64,000 bases of DNA from Diadema antillarum (lineage: Eukaryota), in assembly GCF_040938485.1 (NCBI RefSeq), contig NW_027270904.1, positions 2,170,001-2,234,000 on the forward strand. Reading direction: 5' to 3'. Position 1 is the first letter of the stretch. Each line of letters opens with the position of its first letter. The position numbers and the translations under genes were made by a program. Below are positions 12,215-23,491 of this stretch, one piece after another. Under the pieces are notes generated by a model that saw only the letters and a list, made by a program, of their open reading frames with translations, searched no databases and was not told the DNA's origin.

Positions 12215-13604
12215 CTATGACATTGAAAGAATAAAAAAATGATAATGATAATTCATTCATTATAACAAAGTCCTCAGGACCAGTATTTCTCTTTTGTGAT
12301 ATCAATACTTTATTATATCCTAACAAAAGGCTTTATCAAATACGTAAAGATGATAACTTTTGGACTTGAATTTTTGCTTCATTGTAACAAAATTGCGTTT
12401 CAACGGTATTTGTTGTGATGTGAGCGCACTGTAGCACCAGTCGCCAATAAAACCACATGAAATCCCAATCTACAGATGTACATTTTAGCCTCTTAAGATT
12501 GTCTCTGAACCTAATGAGCGTTACGGCAAGTCAACAACAAACTTCTATTGAATATGTTTTCTTTCCCTCCCCCCCCCCCCCCCCCCGAACAATGTTAAAT
12601 GTTTTAATCAAGTAAGTGTATGATGTGAATAAATATTCTTTACTGCACAGCTAGATCACACGTTTTGAGAATTAAAACAGATTCTAGGTAAAACAAGTTG
12701 TTAGTACTGTCACAGTCACGGCCTTTGCTCATTTTCTTAATGCTGCTCGTTTGTTGATTTTGTTTCTTTTTTAAAGATACCATGTTCAGATTAATATGCT
12801 GAGATATCGAACTTTTCTCAAATCTATCTACTTTGAAAGTCTGATTGTAAGGTACAACTGACGGTGTCTTTACTACCATCAAGAACCACATGAGAATGAA
12901 TCATGACAAACCACAGAAAACTATTTTGTCAATCTTGATGTCCCTTTCTTGACATTGACTAAAGATTCTGAAATATGGTGTTACCACCCTGCTCTTTGTG
13001 AGGAAGTGAAGTAGGATCTTTCTGTGTGTGAGTCATGATTCTCTCACACACAGGACCTCCATTTAATGTCCTGCGAGAGTGCCTCTTAAAGGCTAGACAG
13101 GACAGTATGATTACACAAGACATAGCTCAGCTAGATTCAGTTGGACTCAAACCCAAGTCACTTGTGTGCTGCTTGAAGGTCTGCATGGTGAGGTAATGAG
13201 GGAGAAAGGTTTGCAGTAAAACCATGTGTACGTAGTCCTTGTAGGGATCGTTGCTTGGCAAAAGAAAAGCCTAGAAAGAGGAGAGCTGAGGAGGGAAGTG
13301 ACATAGGGAGATTGTACGGAAGGCAAATAGTGACAAGTGGGGGGAGGGGAGGCAGCAGTGAGCTGTAAGTTGAAGTTGCGCCCAGGTAGTTGAGGCAGGA
13401 GAAAAGGGAACAGAGAGAGTTGTAAGGAAGAATAGAGCGAAAGTCTGGCAAAAAGGTTCAGACGTCGTTGGGAAGGGAAAGTCATTTGATTGCAAAGTAG
13501 GCACGCTACCTCCTGGAGTACACAGAAGCAATAATTGGGACAATCTCAATACATTGCTAACGATGGTTGCAAGTCTGAGGGCAAGCCAGGATTCCATTTC
13601 ATAC

Positions 13605-13728
13605 CTTCAGGTTTTGCTTCCACAGATTCTTTGTCGTCTTCGGCCTTATCCTCAGCGAATCTTATTTTTGTTCTTTGCTTCCTCCTTCCGCCCCCTACCA
13701 TCTCCTGGATATCTGAACTCTCTGGATC
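13605..13728 (-). CDS. LTN1: LTN1 exon 11 (DPESSD...KIRFAEDK...KPE)
   Basis: gtcag|GAT, G|gtatga, 124 nt; KIRFAE corresponds to human KVRFAD. Confidence 0.85.
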
Positions 13729-14079
13729 CTGACGTAAGAAGAAGAATGATCATGAGAGTTAGAGTGATACTATTTCACAGCAGAGATCGTGGTGGCCTAC
13801 TGGAAACATATATGTAATGCAACACTGGGTGATTTCAAGTTTAGTGACAGTGCTAGTGATAGTGCTATCTCGACACTAGCACCAGCACTAACACCAAACT
13901 TGAAATTACCCAACGCCATCACAGAGATTATTCTGTCATGTCAATGTTTTCAGCCAAAACCAAAACAAACAACACCTCCCTCCCCCCCACAAAAAAAAAT
14001 ACACACACCAACATGATGAATTACAATAGATGCATAATGCCACATTAGCAAGTAACTTAAAACAATGCAGAAGCTGTTA

Positions 14080-14283
14080 CTGTAAAACGAGGAATGTTCG
14101 CGTGCATTTTAATTTCGCGAATTTCGCAAATGCCAAGATTCGTGAAAATAAAATGCATGCAAAAGTTTGTGTCTACACTGTATGCATTGCACGCCAGTAG
14201 CAATTCGCGAAAATGTCATGCCACAAAAGAGGACGTCAGCTCCGATTCACGAAAATTTCATGTCGCGTATATATGTTTTACGG
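14080..14283. mobile_element. Tc1/mariner-type MITE
   Basis: ta|ctgtaaaac ... gttttacgg|ta; internal ttcgcg/cgcgaa repeats. Confidence 0.75.
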
Positions 14284-14749
14284 TATACTGAATCAAACCC
14301 AGCGTGAAATATTTCTGCTGATATTTATCTGAGTTTTCAGTTGGAAATGCTGATGCGTTCATACTGATACTTTCAGCATATGTCCATAAAGAGAAGTCAT
14401 TTGAGCTTTGAGGGACTTCCATGGCTTTGTGAGTGCATGATTGACTAAAGGGAGAGACCATTTCTGTGTATTCATCTCATGATCTCTCAATTTCACCAAA
14501 GGTGTAGTTCGAGGTCCTCTTTCAAACAAGTGTATCTCAGTGTGACTTCACACTTTACTTTGCAATGCAACAAAATTTTTCCTCCAGAAAAATGTAGAGT
14601 ACAAAAACGACTCGCTTCTAAAGGATAAGTGTGAAACAATAAAGTAGATGAGTACAGTAAGTGTTGATATTTTGATAACATATTTTGAAAGGTCTTATAG
14701 GACTTCTAATGCACTGGACAAAATATTTTAAAAATGCACCTCTTCTCAC

Positions 14750-15004
14750 CTTCAAAATGGCAACAAGGAGACCAATGTTACTCAGCGCCACCTCTGTGCT
14801 ACCTTCAGTCGACGAGACCTCTCCAACACACATCTCAGAGATGCTTGACCATAGGGACTCTAGAACCCTGGCTGGTGACCCTGTTTCAGACCTGGCCTGC
14901 TGCTTGTGCAGGTAGTTTAAGAGGGCTGCCACTTGCTGATAAATGGTCACCACACTCCATGCCTTGGCTTCTTGGCTGAGGGATGATCTCAACATTGGCA
15001 TGAG
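14750..15004 (-). CDS. LTN1: LTN1 exon 10 (LMPMLRSSL...LLVAILK)
   Basis: tttcag|CTC, AAG|gtgaga, 255 nt, phase 0/0. Confidence 0.88.
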
Positions 15005-15407
15005 CTGAAAGACAAAAACATACGTCCTTAGCAAAAAAACAAACAAACAAACAAAAACATGCGTCCACACACATGGAATAGAACATTTCAGGTACAATAT
15101 GCCACTATGTTGTCCTTGTAAGTGCTTAAGCTACATCTGACAAAGACAACAAAAATGACCTCATGGCATTTGAAAATAACAATCCATACAATTTTATGAT
15201 ATACTGGAAAGCAAAAGGAAGAGAAGGAAGATCTGTTTTTTCAATCAATGTCAGCTGAATGAAACCTGAGCTGTAACAGATATGCTTTTCATTTCCTACT
15301 ACAGAAAATAAACATAATAAAAAGAAAGAAAGAATGAGCAAAACAGAGTCTCTTCCTTTGCTAGAAATCACTGCAATTTTCAAGTGACTAGTAACATCCT
15401 CACATAC

Positions 15408-15555
15408 TTGTTCATCTATAAGGTGTGACTGAATTGTGCTGTCAGTGTCCTCTGCGTTCACACTCTGTGCCAGGCAGTACCTGACACACTCCATGAAAGC
15501 TCTCAGCACGGCTGTGTTCTCACTGCTGCTCTGGATAACGCTTTTACAGCTGCAC
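15408..15555 (-). CDS. LTN1: LTN1 exon 9 (CSCKSVIQSSSENTAVLRAFMECVRY...LIDEQ)
   Basis: ttacag|G, CAA|gtatgt, 148 nt; aligns to human SAVISAFFECLRF...LVNDQ. Confidence 0.9.
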
Positions 15556-15596
15556 CTGTAACAAACAAAGGAACGCATATCAGAATCAATGGTTAA

Positions 15597-15681
15597 CCCT
15601 TTGAGGATCGACTGATTTTGCCACAACATGCATTTCCCATAGACACCTGCCCAAGTATACTTGGGACTCGTCCTCAATGGG
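15597..15681 (+). mobile_element. P1 mini-MITE, copy 4
   Basis: ttaa|ccctttgaggat...gtcctcaatggg|ttaa. Confidence 0.85.
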
Positions 15682-15887
15682 TTAAGAGTAGATTAACATC
15701 TGGTTGGACACTACTATTAAACTTAACTATCACATATATGATTGTTGTTATGATCTGGATTATGTACTGCTAGTACATTGTAAGTGGGATCTTTCATCTG
15801 TACATCTGAAATAGATTGTTCATTACATGACAACAACTACAAGCGTATGTTCATTTGTAATGGCTATGATTTGTATTGGACACCCAC

Positions 15888-16078
15888 CCTTCGCGAAAGT
15901 TGTTGAAGAACTCGCAGTAGAACGCAACTCCGTCACCTTTGACCTCTGCAGGAAGATGGCTGAGGAGGGGCAAGAGATTGGGGAAGATAGTGGCTGCACT
16001 GCCATCTCCACCATGCCGCAAGACAGACCACAGCTTGGGTAGGAAGGCTTTCCTGATATTGACATACTTCCAACAGTC
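15888..16078 (-). CDS. LTN1: LTN1 exon 8 (DCWKYVNIRKAFLPKLWSVLRHGG...FFNNFREG)
   Basis: tcaag|GAC, GG|gtgggt, 191 nt; aligns to human DCWLHVNAKKSVFPKL...REGGRG. Confidence 0.9.
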
Positions 16079-17199
16079 CTTGAAACCATGTGGGAAAAGA
16101 AAACAGGACCAAGATATTATGCTGAAAGTTTGAGACTGCCATCATAAGTCCACATGATCCTACCAGCACAGGAGATCCATGGCACAAAATCTCAAACCAA
16201 CAGGTTATCAACTATTTCCAATTTTATAAGCATTCAGAATTTGAGACAATGATACTCTTTTCCTCTCTTCTTTGTAGCTAAATCTGATTATAAATCTTGC
16301 TAATAAACATTCTGATAAGTTTGATCCATTAAAGGGAAGCAGTCCTGAGATTTTCACTGTACTGATAATTAAGAAGAGTAAAAAATATAAACTTTCACCA
16401 ATTTATACGCTTGGACATCAAAAATTGTCTCCGTACGCGATTTTTGAAAAATAATTCCTGCAAGCGATCGTGAAAGAGCCGGCAAAAAGATGCTACGTAG
16501 TGCATGCCCTACTCACCAAGTTGACAGCCGTGCCTCTAAAAACCAATTTAAGTGTTCAAATGATTAGTTGCAATTTTATCATATAATGTGAAAGTTTGTG
16601 GTTTTATGATTTCAAACAAAATATTTCAAGCTTAGATATGTATAATTTACGAAAAATTAATATTGTAAACATAAATTTATATGTATTTTTAAACCAAATA
16701 TACCATGAACTTGACATCAAATAGGCACGGTCGTTTTCTAGCTTCCGTCCGTGTTGCATACTTCTTAGCGTAGAAACCACTCTCGCGCGCAAATCCTTAC
16801 CATACCAATGTATACATACACAGTACACTCGACTCCGTCCAGTCGATTTTGGCATTCAAACCGAAGATAACCTGTGCATGAGAGAGTCGAATTCTTCAAA
16901 GAAAATATTGTTTGTATCTCAATATTTCTGTAAGTAGTCAGATAATCGCCTTTCCTCGAAAAAAAAAATATGACGTGAGCCGGGAAGGGTAAACACAGGG
17001 GGTCGTAGGGATATGATTTCGCTCCACTTTGCCGTGCATGTCCAGTCGGCACTGGCAGCAGCTAGCTCAGTGGCACTGTACTGCAGTCCAACCCCGGCTG
17101 CAGGCCCACGGTAAATTAAACATAGCTAGCCACTTTCCTTACCTCTCTACGCTTTTTTCCCTCGGTTCTCTTCGAAGTCGATGCTCGAGGTGTTTCTGT

Positions 17200-17510
17200 T
17201 TTATAACTCATGTGAGCAAATGGTCAGGATTGCATCTGGTTTCAGGAGTTTTCTCGGTTTATAACATAACCGAGGGCCACAGCCTGCCGGTCCATGTAAA
17301 AACATCGCTTCACAAATTGTCCACGCACAGGTAGGTCACAACACGATTTCGAGATTTTGTAGGCCCTAAGTTTCTTATGTTCGGCATCGTTGTACCGATA
17401 TTTCCCAGCCATACAGCTCACCTTTCACGATACTTTTGTTGGTCTGGGACGGAAAAAAGGATTTTCCTGGGAGATTTTCTGCACGATTCGAGCAAAACTA
17501 CTGATGTAAG
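17200..17510 (-). pseudogene. Decayed THAP zinc-finger coding sequence
   Basis: Piecewise translation FCSNRAENLPGKSFF/SVPDQQKYRER*AVWLGNIG...TYLCVDN(F)...RKLLKPDAILTI follows THAP motif order (C-x4-C-x-N, F.(F/V)P, W, LC..HF, LKP.AVPT) with stops and frameshifts. Confidence 0.72.
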
Positions 17511-17771
17511 ATAGCCTGACCAGACGACGCTGAATGCGGTCGCCCCTGTAGTGTACTAGCAGGCCTGTGTAGAATCGTTTTTTCTACCTACAAATATGTA
17601 CACTCTGTACGTACTATAGAACATGCATGAGCGGCGACAGGTAGGGCTGCAGCTGCGCTTGAGACTGGAAAAGTGCGAAGGGCAAACCGCGTATGGGGTG
17701 CGTACGCGTATCTACCGTAGATCTATCATCTAGTTGTACCGTCCACACGTGCGAATATAATACACAATACA

Positions 17772-17783
17772 TACACACACACA

Positions 17784-17828
<45 letters not shown>
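17772..17828. repeat. (CA)n microsatellite inside family E element
   Basis: Directly visible. Confidence 0.95.
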
Positions 17829-17830
<2 letters not shown>

Positions 17831-18269
17831 CGTAGAAACAATGTCAAATACGAGTCGGAGTAGCCACCGACGTCTTCATGCATCCGGGTAAACTAGGGAG
17901 CGTACGGATAACGAGCAGAACACGGCTGGGAAGAGTTGTGCATCGACGACGTATGACTCTCCGCCAAGACTTGCTCATTAGCATATTCACCATGCAGAGT
18001 CACACTTTTTCAACCAAAATGTACGAGCTTATTTGGTGATTTTAAAGTTTGTTTTTGGTGAAAGTAGTTCATTGGAGGTACCAACAACAACATATTTTTT
18101 TTAATTTCGTGAGGACTGTGTCCCTTTAACACATAATGTGCATCTGAACTGTTTCTTTCATCTCAGTTTTAAAGGAAGGGGTACACTGTTAAACTTTCTC
18201 AATTCCATCCGCTCAAAATATCCCTGACAATGTATCTTCACATATCTGTGATGGCAATGGCAAAGTTAA

Positions 18270-18354
18270 CCCATTAAGGACATGCTGATTTCGCTATAAC
18301 ACAGGTTTCCCATAGACACCTGCCCGAGTATACTTGGAACTAGTCTTCAACCGG
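18270..18354 (+). mobile_element. P1 mini-MITE, copy 5
   Basis: ttaa|cccattaaggac...gtcttcaaccgg|ttga. Confidence 0.8.
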
Positions 18355-18358
18355 TTGA

Positions 18359-18496
18359 AAGTTAAAAGTCCACCCTAGAAATAAGTTTGTTGAATAGAGT
18401 CAGAAAAACGAAACCAACAGGATGGTGAAAGTTTGACGATTCCTCCAACTTTTCTGCTTCTATTCACACAAACTAATTTTCAGGGTGGACTTCCCC
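18359..18496. mobile_element. Short Kolobok-like element
   Basis: aagtccaccct...aaataagtttg / caaactaattt...agggtggacttcccct|ttaa; left end eroded. Confidence 0.55.
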
Positions 18497-18600
18497 TTTA
18501 AGCAGTACCCAGTGATATGCAGAATGATGCTGTTACAATAATAGCGTCCCAAGTGGTAGGTACGCTGGTAGACTTGCAAATGAACAAGATCACCCCTCAC

Positions 18601-18774
18601 CTCCTGGCTAGTGATGAGATGGAGTACAGCCTCCCACAGGGGAGCCACGGTGGCTGGTTCAGTCTCATCCACACTGCCCAGGAGGGCTGGGGACAGCTTG
18701 GGTAGGTAGGATGCGAGGAGAGAGGGCATACTTCGGCACAATGCACCAAGAAGACTGTACATACCACCACGGAC
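18601..18774 (-). CDS. LTN1: LTN1 exon 7 (VRGGMYSLLGALC...LWEAVLHLITSQE)
   Basis: aaag|GTC, GAG|gtgagg, 174 nt; LWEAVL motif conserved. Confidence 0.92.
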
Positions 18775-18828
18775 CTTTGGGAAGAGACACACAAAGTTAC
18801 ATGAAGTCTTTCTCTCAGGTGTTGTTAA

Positions 18829-18915
18829 CCCATTGAGGATGGGCTGATTTTGCTATGACACGCATTTCCCATAAAGACATCTGCCCGAGTATTCTTGGTA
18901 CTCGTCTTCAATGGG
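18829..18915 (+). mobile_element. P1 mini-MITE, copy 6
   Basis: ttaa|cccattgaggat...gtcttcaatggg|ttga. Confidence 0.85.
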
Positions 18916-19793
18916 TTGATCTATATTTACATGTCATCAGAAGAAGAAAAGAAAACAAAAACATAATCTTATGTATGATTGGCTCTATGGAACAGAATAT
19001 AAAATGAAGTGAGTACAATGTTGTGCAGTTCAAACCTATTGCAGTTGCATATTCAGCTTGTTTTGAAGTTCTCAAATACAACAGTTCTGCAGTTTGGTAC
19101 ACAGTATCTTAACCTACTCTGGCTAGTCAACTTTGGGGTTATCACATACATTGAGGCCTATATGTAAATATTGTTGAAATATGTGGCAGAAATGCTATTA
19201 GATTGTGATGTGGGTTCAACAGCTTTAAGTTGTTGGGGGCACATTACGGTTTTTAAATTGTTGCTTGTGAATGGCTTTACACTCTGCACAAAAACCTGAT
19301 AAAGAAGTGATATTAAGGTATTCATGACCAAAAAAAAAACACTATCTCTTTTTCCCTTGATCACATTAGACCCCACATTGAGGAGACAGTCACCAGAGAT
19401 CTTATCATTTTTATGACTGACTGTCCACACTGTTATCTAGACAATCCCAAAGCTGCGGGAGCAATCAGCGCTTGGGGCGAGCTCTGCCACTTGAAACCAC
19501 ACAGCACGCATGCGCACACTTGATGACCATAGTTGGACGCTATCAATTATGCTGTGAAGTCACTCTCCCCTCCAAATTTTGTCCCCGGATTCGACTTGCC
19601 TCGTGGGGACGGGGGAAAAGGCCCAGTGAATGTTCACATTACAGTATTTGAGGAGAAAGTCCTACAGCGCGGGACTTTCCCCCATCGCGGGGACTAAATG
19701 TGAAAGTGGGGTAAGTTGTATTAACAAGGTACAAAAGTACCACGCTTGGATGGCAGGGGAAGGAGGCGGACTGTAAAACAGAGCATCACTCAC

Positions 19794-19974
19794 CTCGGGT
19801 AATTTATGCTTGGCATACTTCCAGAGTCTGTCCTCAGAGAGAATGGTGGCCAGTTCTTGCTCACTGCTGCTGACCTGCGCTGCAGGCAAACCTGTGACAA
19901 AGTCTCTCAGAGCCAGGAGAGAAGAGCTCACCACTCTCACATACTTCTCCTCCTGTTCCTCCTTGGAGAATGAC
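19794..19974 (-). CDS. LTN1: LTN1 exon 6 (SFSKEEQEEKYVRVVSSSLLAL...KYAKHKLPE)
   Basis: ccag|G, GAG|gtgagt, 181 nt; aligns to human EEREAKFYRVVTCSLLAL...WKYGKH. Confidence 0.93.
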
Positions 19975-20006
19975 CTGGTGAACAGGTGACATGACAGTGA
20001 CTTTAA

Positions 20007-20080
20007 CCCATTCTGCACCAGGGACTTTGGACAGGGTGTACAATGCTATGGGGTTTACTGTGCTTATCAGCACTCAGAGG
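20007..20080 (+). mobile_element. piggyBac-like mini-MITE family P2, copy 1
   Basis: ttaa|cccattctgcacca...gtgtacaatgctatggggttt...cagagg|ttaa; homologues at about 30501 and 60551. Confidence 0.7.
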
Positions 20081-20084
20081 TTAA

Positions 20085-20643
20085 AGGACAAGTTCACCTT
20101 CATAGACATGTGGGTTGAGTGAATGCAGCAATATTAGTAGAACACATCAGTGAGAGTTTGAGGACAATCGGACAATCCGTTCAAAAGTTACGAATTTTTG
20201 AAGTTTCTGCTCAGTCACGGCTGGATGAAAAGACTACTATAGCTTGTGATGTCACATGTGTACAACGATATCAAGAAAGAATAAAGAAAATTCAACATAT
20301 TTCCATTTTTCTCGCACAGCACAAGAACACTCGACTTCTCTCTTTCAGAAGGCAGGAGGAATAATATTACCCTTAACATACATCAGTAACAAGTCGAAGA
20401 AATGTGCACTTTATTCAAAAAGAAAAGTTTTGTGAAATTCTCTTTTTATTTTCATTATATCATTGTACGCATGTGACATCATACACTGTAGTAGTCTTCT
20501 CATCCAGCAGTGACTGAGCAGATACTTAAAAATTTCATAACTTTTGAACAGATTGTCCAATTTTCCTCAAACTTTCACTGATGTGTTTTACTAATATTGC
20601 TGCATTCTCTCAATCCTTGTGTATATGAAGGTGGACTTGTCCA
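20085..20643. mobile_element. Kolobok-like element, family A (long foldback arms)
   Basis: ttaa|aggacaagttcaccttcat ... atgaaggtggacttgtcca|ttaa; arms of about 200 bp; second copy at 60638. Confidence 0.85.
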
Positions 20644-22027
20644 TTAATCAAAATGAGGGGGGTGATGAATGCTGATAACAGAAATTCATATGACTTTGAC
20701 AACATAGCTTACTCAGCATCTTGTTTTTGTTTGGTTTGTTGTTTCTATTTGTAATTCTGATGAGGACAGTTAGGCATTCTCTCTTCAGTTAGTACTTAGA
20801 AATAAAATCAAAATAAGCAAACCATTCTAAGGACTGCTAAGGACTTTTACTTCTAAGGACATATCTATCATACACCACAATGCAATGGTTGTATGTCTGC
20901 TCACAGGAGTCATCCTTGGAACTTCGTATGAAAGTAAACCACTAAGCTGGTGTCTTACAATACAAGCAAGTGTATACTGCTCTTTAGATTACCGCTCATA
21001 GACAACTTTCGATACCTCATTGTAGCTTGTAATCTACATTCAATGCAGCTTTTATCCTGTATAGCTTGAGTCAACCTATTGCATTTATCATCCATTATTA
21101 TCCATACAGAGGATTTTTAGAGCCCAAATACAAGTGTTATTTTGTCGACGCACCTCATAACCTCCGACCCACTTAGAAAGTTTGTTGTACTCGACCAATA
21201 ATTTTGGCCGAGGCGACCAATATTTAAAATATTGGAGGGCAAGAGGGGATTCCCCAAAGTTTTTTACAAACTGCACCGTGATTGGTTGAGATATATACGA
21301 GATGACCTGAAATATGAAGTAAAAACGTCTGTGATTGGTCAATCATGAATTAACTAGAATATCGTTTCTTCTAAAATTCTGTGTTTATACAAACAAATTT
21401 CATATGTCAATTAGTTGAAATTGTTTTTCACACAATTTTTCAAAATATCACTTTCATAACAGGAAGTTAAATTTAGGTTTGATGAAAACAAGTTGCATTT
21501 TTATTTTTTGTGCATGCAGGCGCAAGGCGACGATTGATCTGCAGCTCTGCATGCTCAGCGCTACTGCTAGATAGCACGCGCGCGATATACTGTAGCCGGC
21601 CGCCGCCGCTGCGCTTGCATTTGCATGCGCGATATGCATATTACAGTTACTGTACATTTACGTACGTGTGTACAAGTACGTTATATACAGCACAGTAGGA
21701 CTAGTTGTGGTAGTAGTAGCCTAATTCGATCTTTCACGATCTACGGTAGATGTGACGTGAATTGTTTCTGAGATCTCGGATACAAATACATCTAATTCTG
21801 GTCTAAATTAGCTAGATATCGGTCTAACAGTAACATGACGGCTACCTTGGATGATAGATCACTGTTTTATCAGAGACTGAAGTGGATTAACTTGCACTGA
21901 AGAGTGTACATGTACCATACCCCATGTCAGGATCACTACACAGTAGGAACAGCACTCGGAGTCGGAGACAGAAAGGGTAGGACTAAGTGAAAACATTCTT
22001 TGCTAAAATCCTCTGTAGGATAATAAT

Positions 22028-22175
22028 GATGATATTGAATGTCCTATTTTCGATTAATACAAGGAAATATTGGACTCGCTAAGCAAAATATTGGACTCTT
22101 CTTCGACTCGTCCAATATTTGTGCATAGCTCGTCCAATATTTCCTTGTATTAATCTCAAGGCCATCCAATATCAT
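22028..22175. repeat. Small foldback element
   Basis: Perfect 24-bp arms gattaatacaaggaaatattggac (22052-22075) / gtccaatatttccttgtattaatc (22132-22155), plus inner and outer imperfect arms. Confidence 0.75.
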
Positions 22176-22555
22176 ATAAATATTGAAGCTGACATGTCTC
22201 AAACAGATGATACCCCAGCAGTTTGCTACTTGATGGTTACCCTGGTACTCCCGCAAGTTTGTGAGTCAGCCAATATTGCCTCCTGCAACACATGTCCTAT
22301 TTTTTATGCCCTGTATACCATCTTTAAGGTCACAAATTCAACCACTCACAAAATCGTCTTACAAGTCCGAATTCGTGCAATATCATACAAGCAAATCATA
22401 TACAGCATAGAAAGTACATAGCAATTTAGCAATTATTGACTGAATAGAAAGCTACAGTGCATCAAAGATACAATTTGACTATGACTTTGCTGTTGTTATT
22501 GTTTTATTAAGTGACAAATATAACACACACAATGTCACAAGAAGTCCATACTTAC

Positions 22556-22608
22556 TTAGGATCGCTGAGTGTTGTGGGTGATTCCTTGAACAAGTTGTCC
22601 TTGTAGAG
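22556..22608 (-). CDS. LTN1: LTN1 exon 5 (LYKDNLFKESPTTLSDPK)
   Basis: ctgcag|CTC, AA|gtaagt, 53 nt, ends phase 2; aligns to human LQDHLIKETPDTLSDPQ. Confidence 0.9.
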
Positions 22609-23257
22609 CTGCAGGTGGAATAACAGACACTGCTTCAGAGCAAATCATATCTAATGCAGTTTTCACAATATCAAAACACAGCAATAATTTGTGCGTTCAA
22701 TTTCTTTACTGAACTGCTTTTGGAAACCTCTGTAAAAGCATAATAATGTAGAATACAAAGCATCATCTGTACATGTGTGTTTTATATGCAGTTGTTTTGG
22801 AAGGGAGACCCAGATATGAATCATGGCTAATTCCTAACTTACCAACACAATGTTTACACCTTTGTCTGTTAGCAAATAAGCACAAAATATGAGGAATTTA
22901 TAGACCTCACTCCCCTTCAGATGAATGTTTGTGTTTAAATCTCTCATTAATGAAATCCTGTTCAGTGATTGGTCTACATTGTGTCACATGAATGCCACCA
23001 GTGAAATCAAGGATTCCTTGGTGACAAGATTTACACTATTTTCTTTAGGGCTGCGCCTTTATGAAATAGTGATATTCACCCTACTTCGGAATCAATGATT
23101 TCAACTCAAGCCTCTCACATGGTATTATGTCAAATATGGCATCTACATCACTTCATTTTACAATCATTATTGACTTCTACACCTTGAAGAATAGGCAAAG
23201 AAACCAAGAAACCAAAGACAGGCTCATTAAAAGTATAAAAAGGAGCAACTGTCTCAC

Positions 23258-23491
23258 CTGAAGAATTTCTGCCCTGCAGAAGACCATGGCATTGCCTCGC
23301 TTCTCTTCGCTGGGGAAGGCCGTGGCGAAGGCAGCCCTAGCCGCTGATCCTGCAGGGGCGTAGGGGTCATTCTGCGCCATCAGCCAGCACCCCATGATGG
23401 CCCGAAGGTGTGGGGCCAGGTTCCGCCTCGCACGTTGGACCACCTTGCAGAACATCTGCTGGGTGGCTTCCCTCACTCGCTTATCATGGTC
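23258..23491 (-). CDS. LTN1: LTN1 exon 4 (DHDKRVREATQQ...CRAEILQ)
   Basis: tttcag|GAC, CAG|gtgaga, 234 nt; aligns to human DHDRRVREATQQ...MGYWLMAQCD. Confidence 0.95.

Larger units (their letters stand above)
16333..18125. mobile_element. 1.8-kb Kolobok-like element (family E) with THAP relic
   Basis: ttaa|agggaagcagtcct ... aggactgtgtccct|ttaa; CpG-rich interior unlike the host intron. Confidence 0.8.

Noticed and set aside
13147-13597. Three overlapping minus-strand ORFs (97-112 aa)
   Set aside because: Pyrimidine-rich, no protein-like signature, and exons 11 and 12 join in phase without them.
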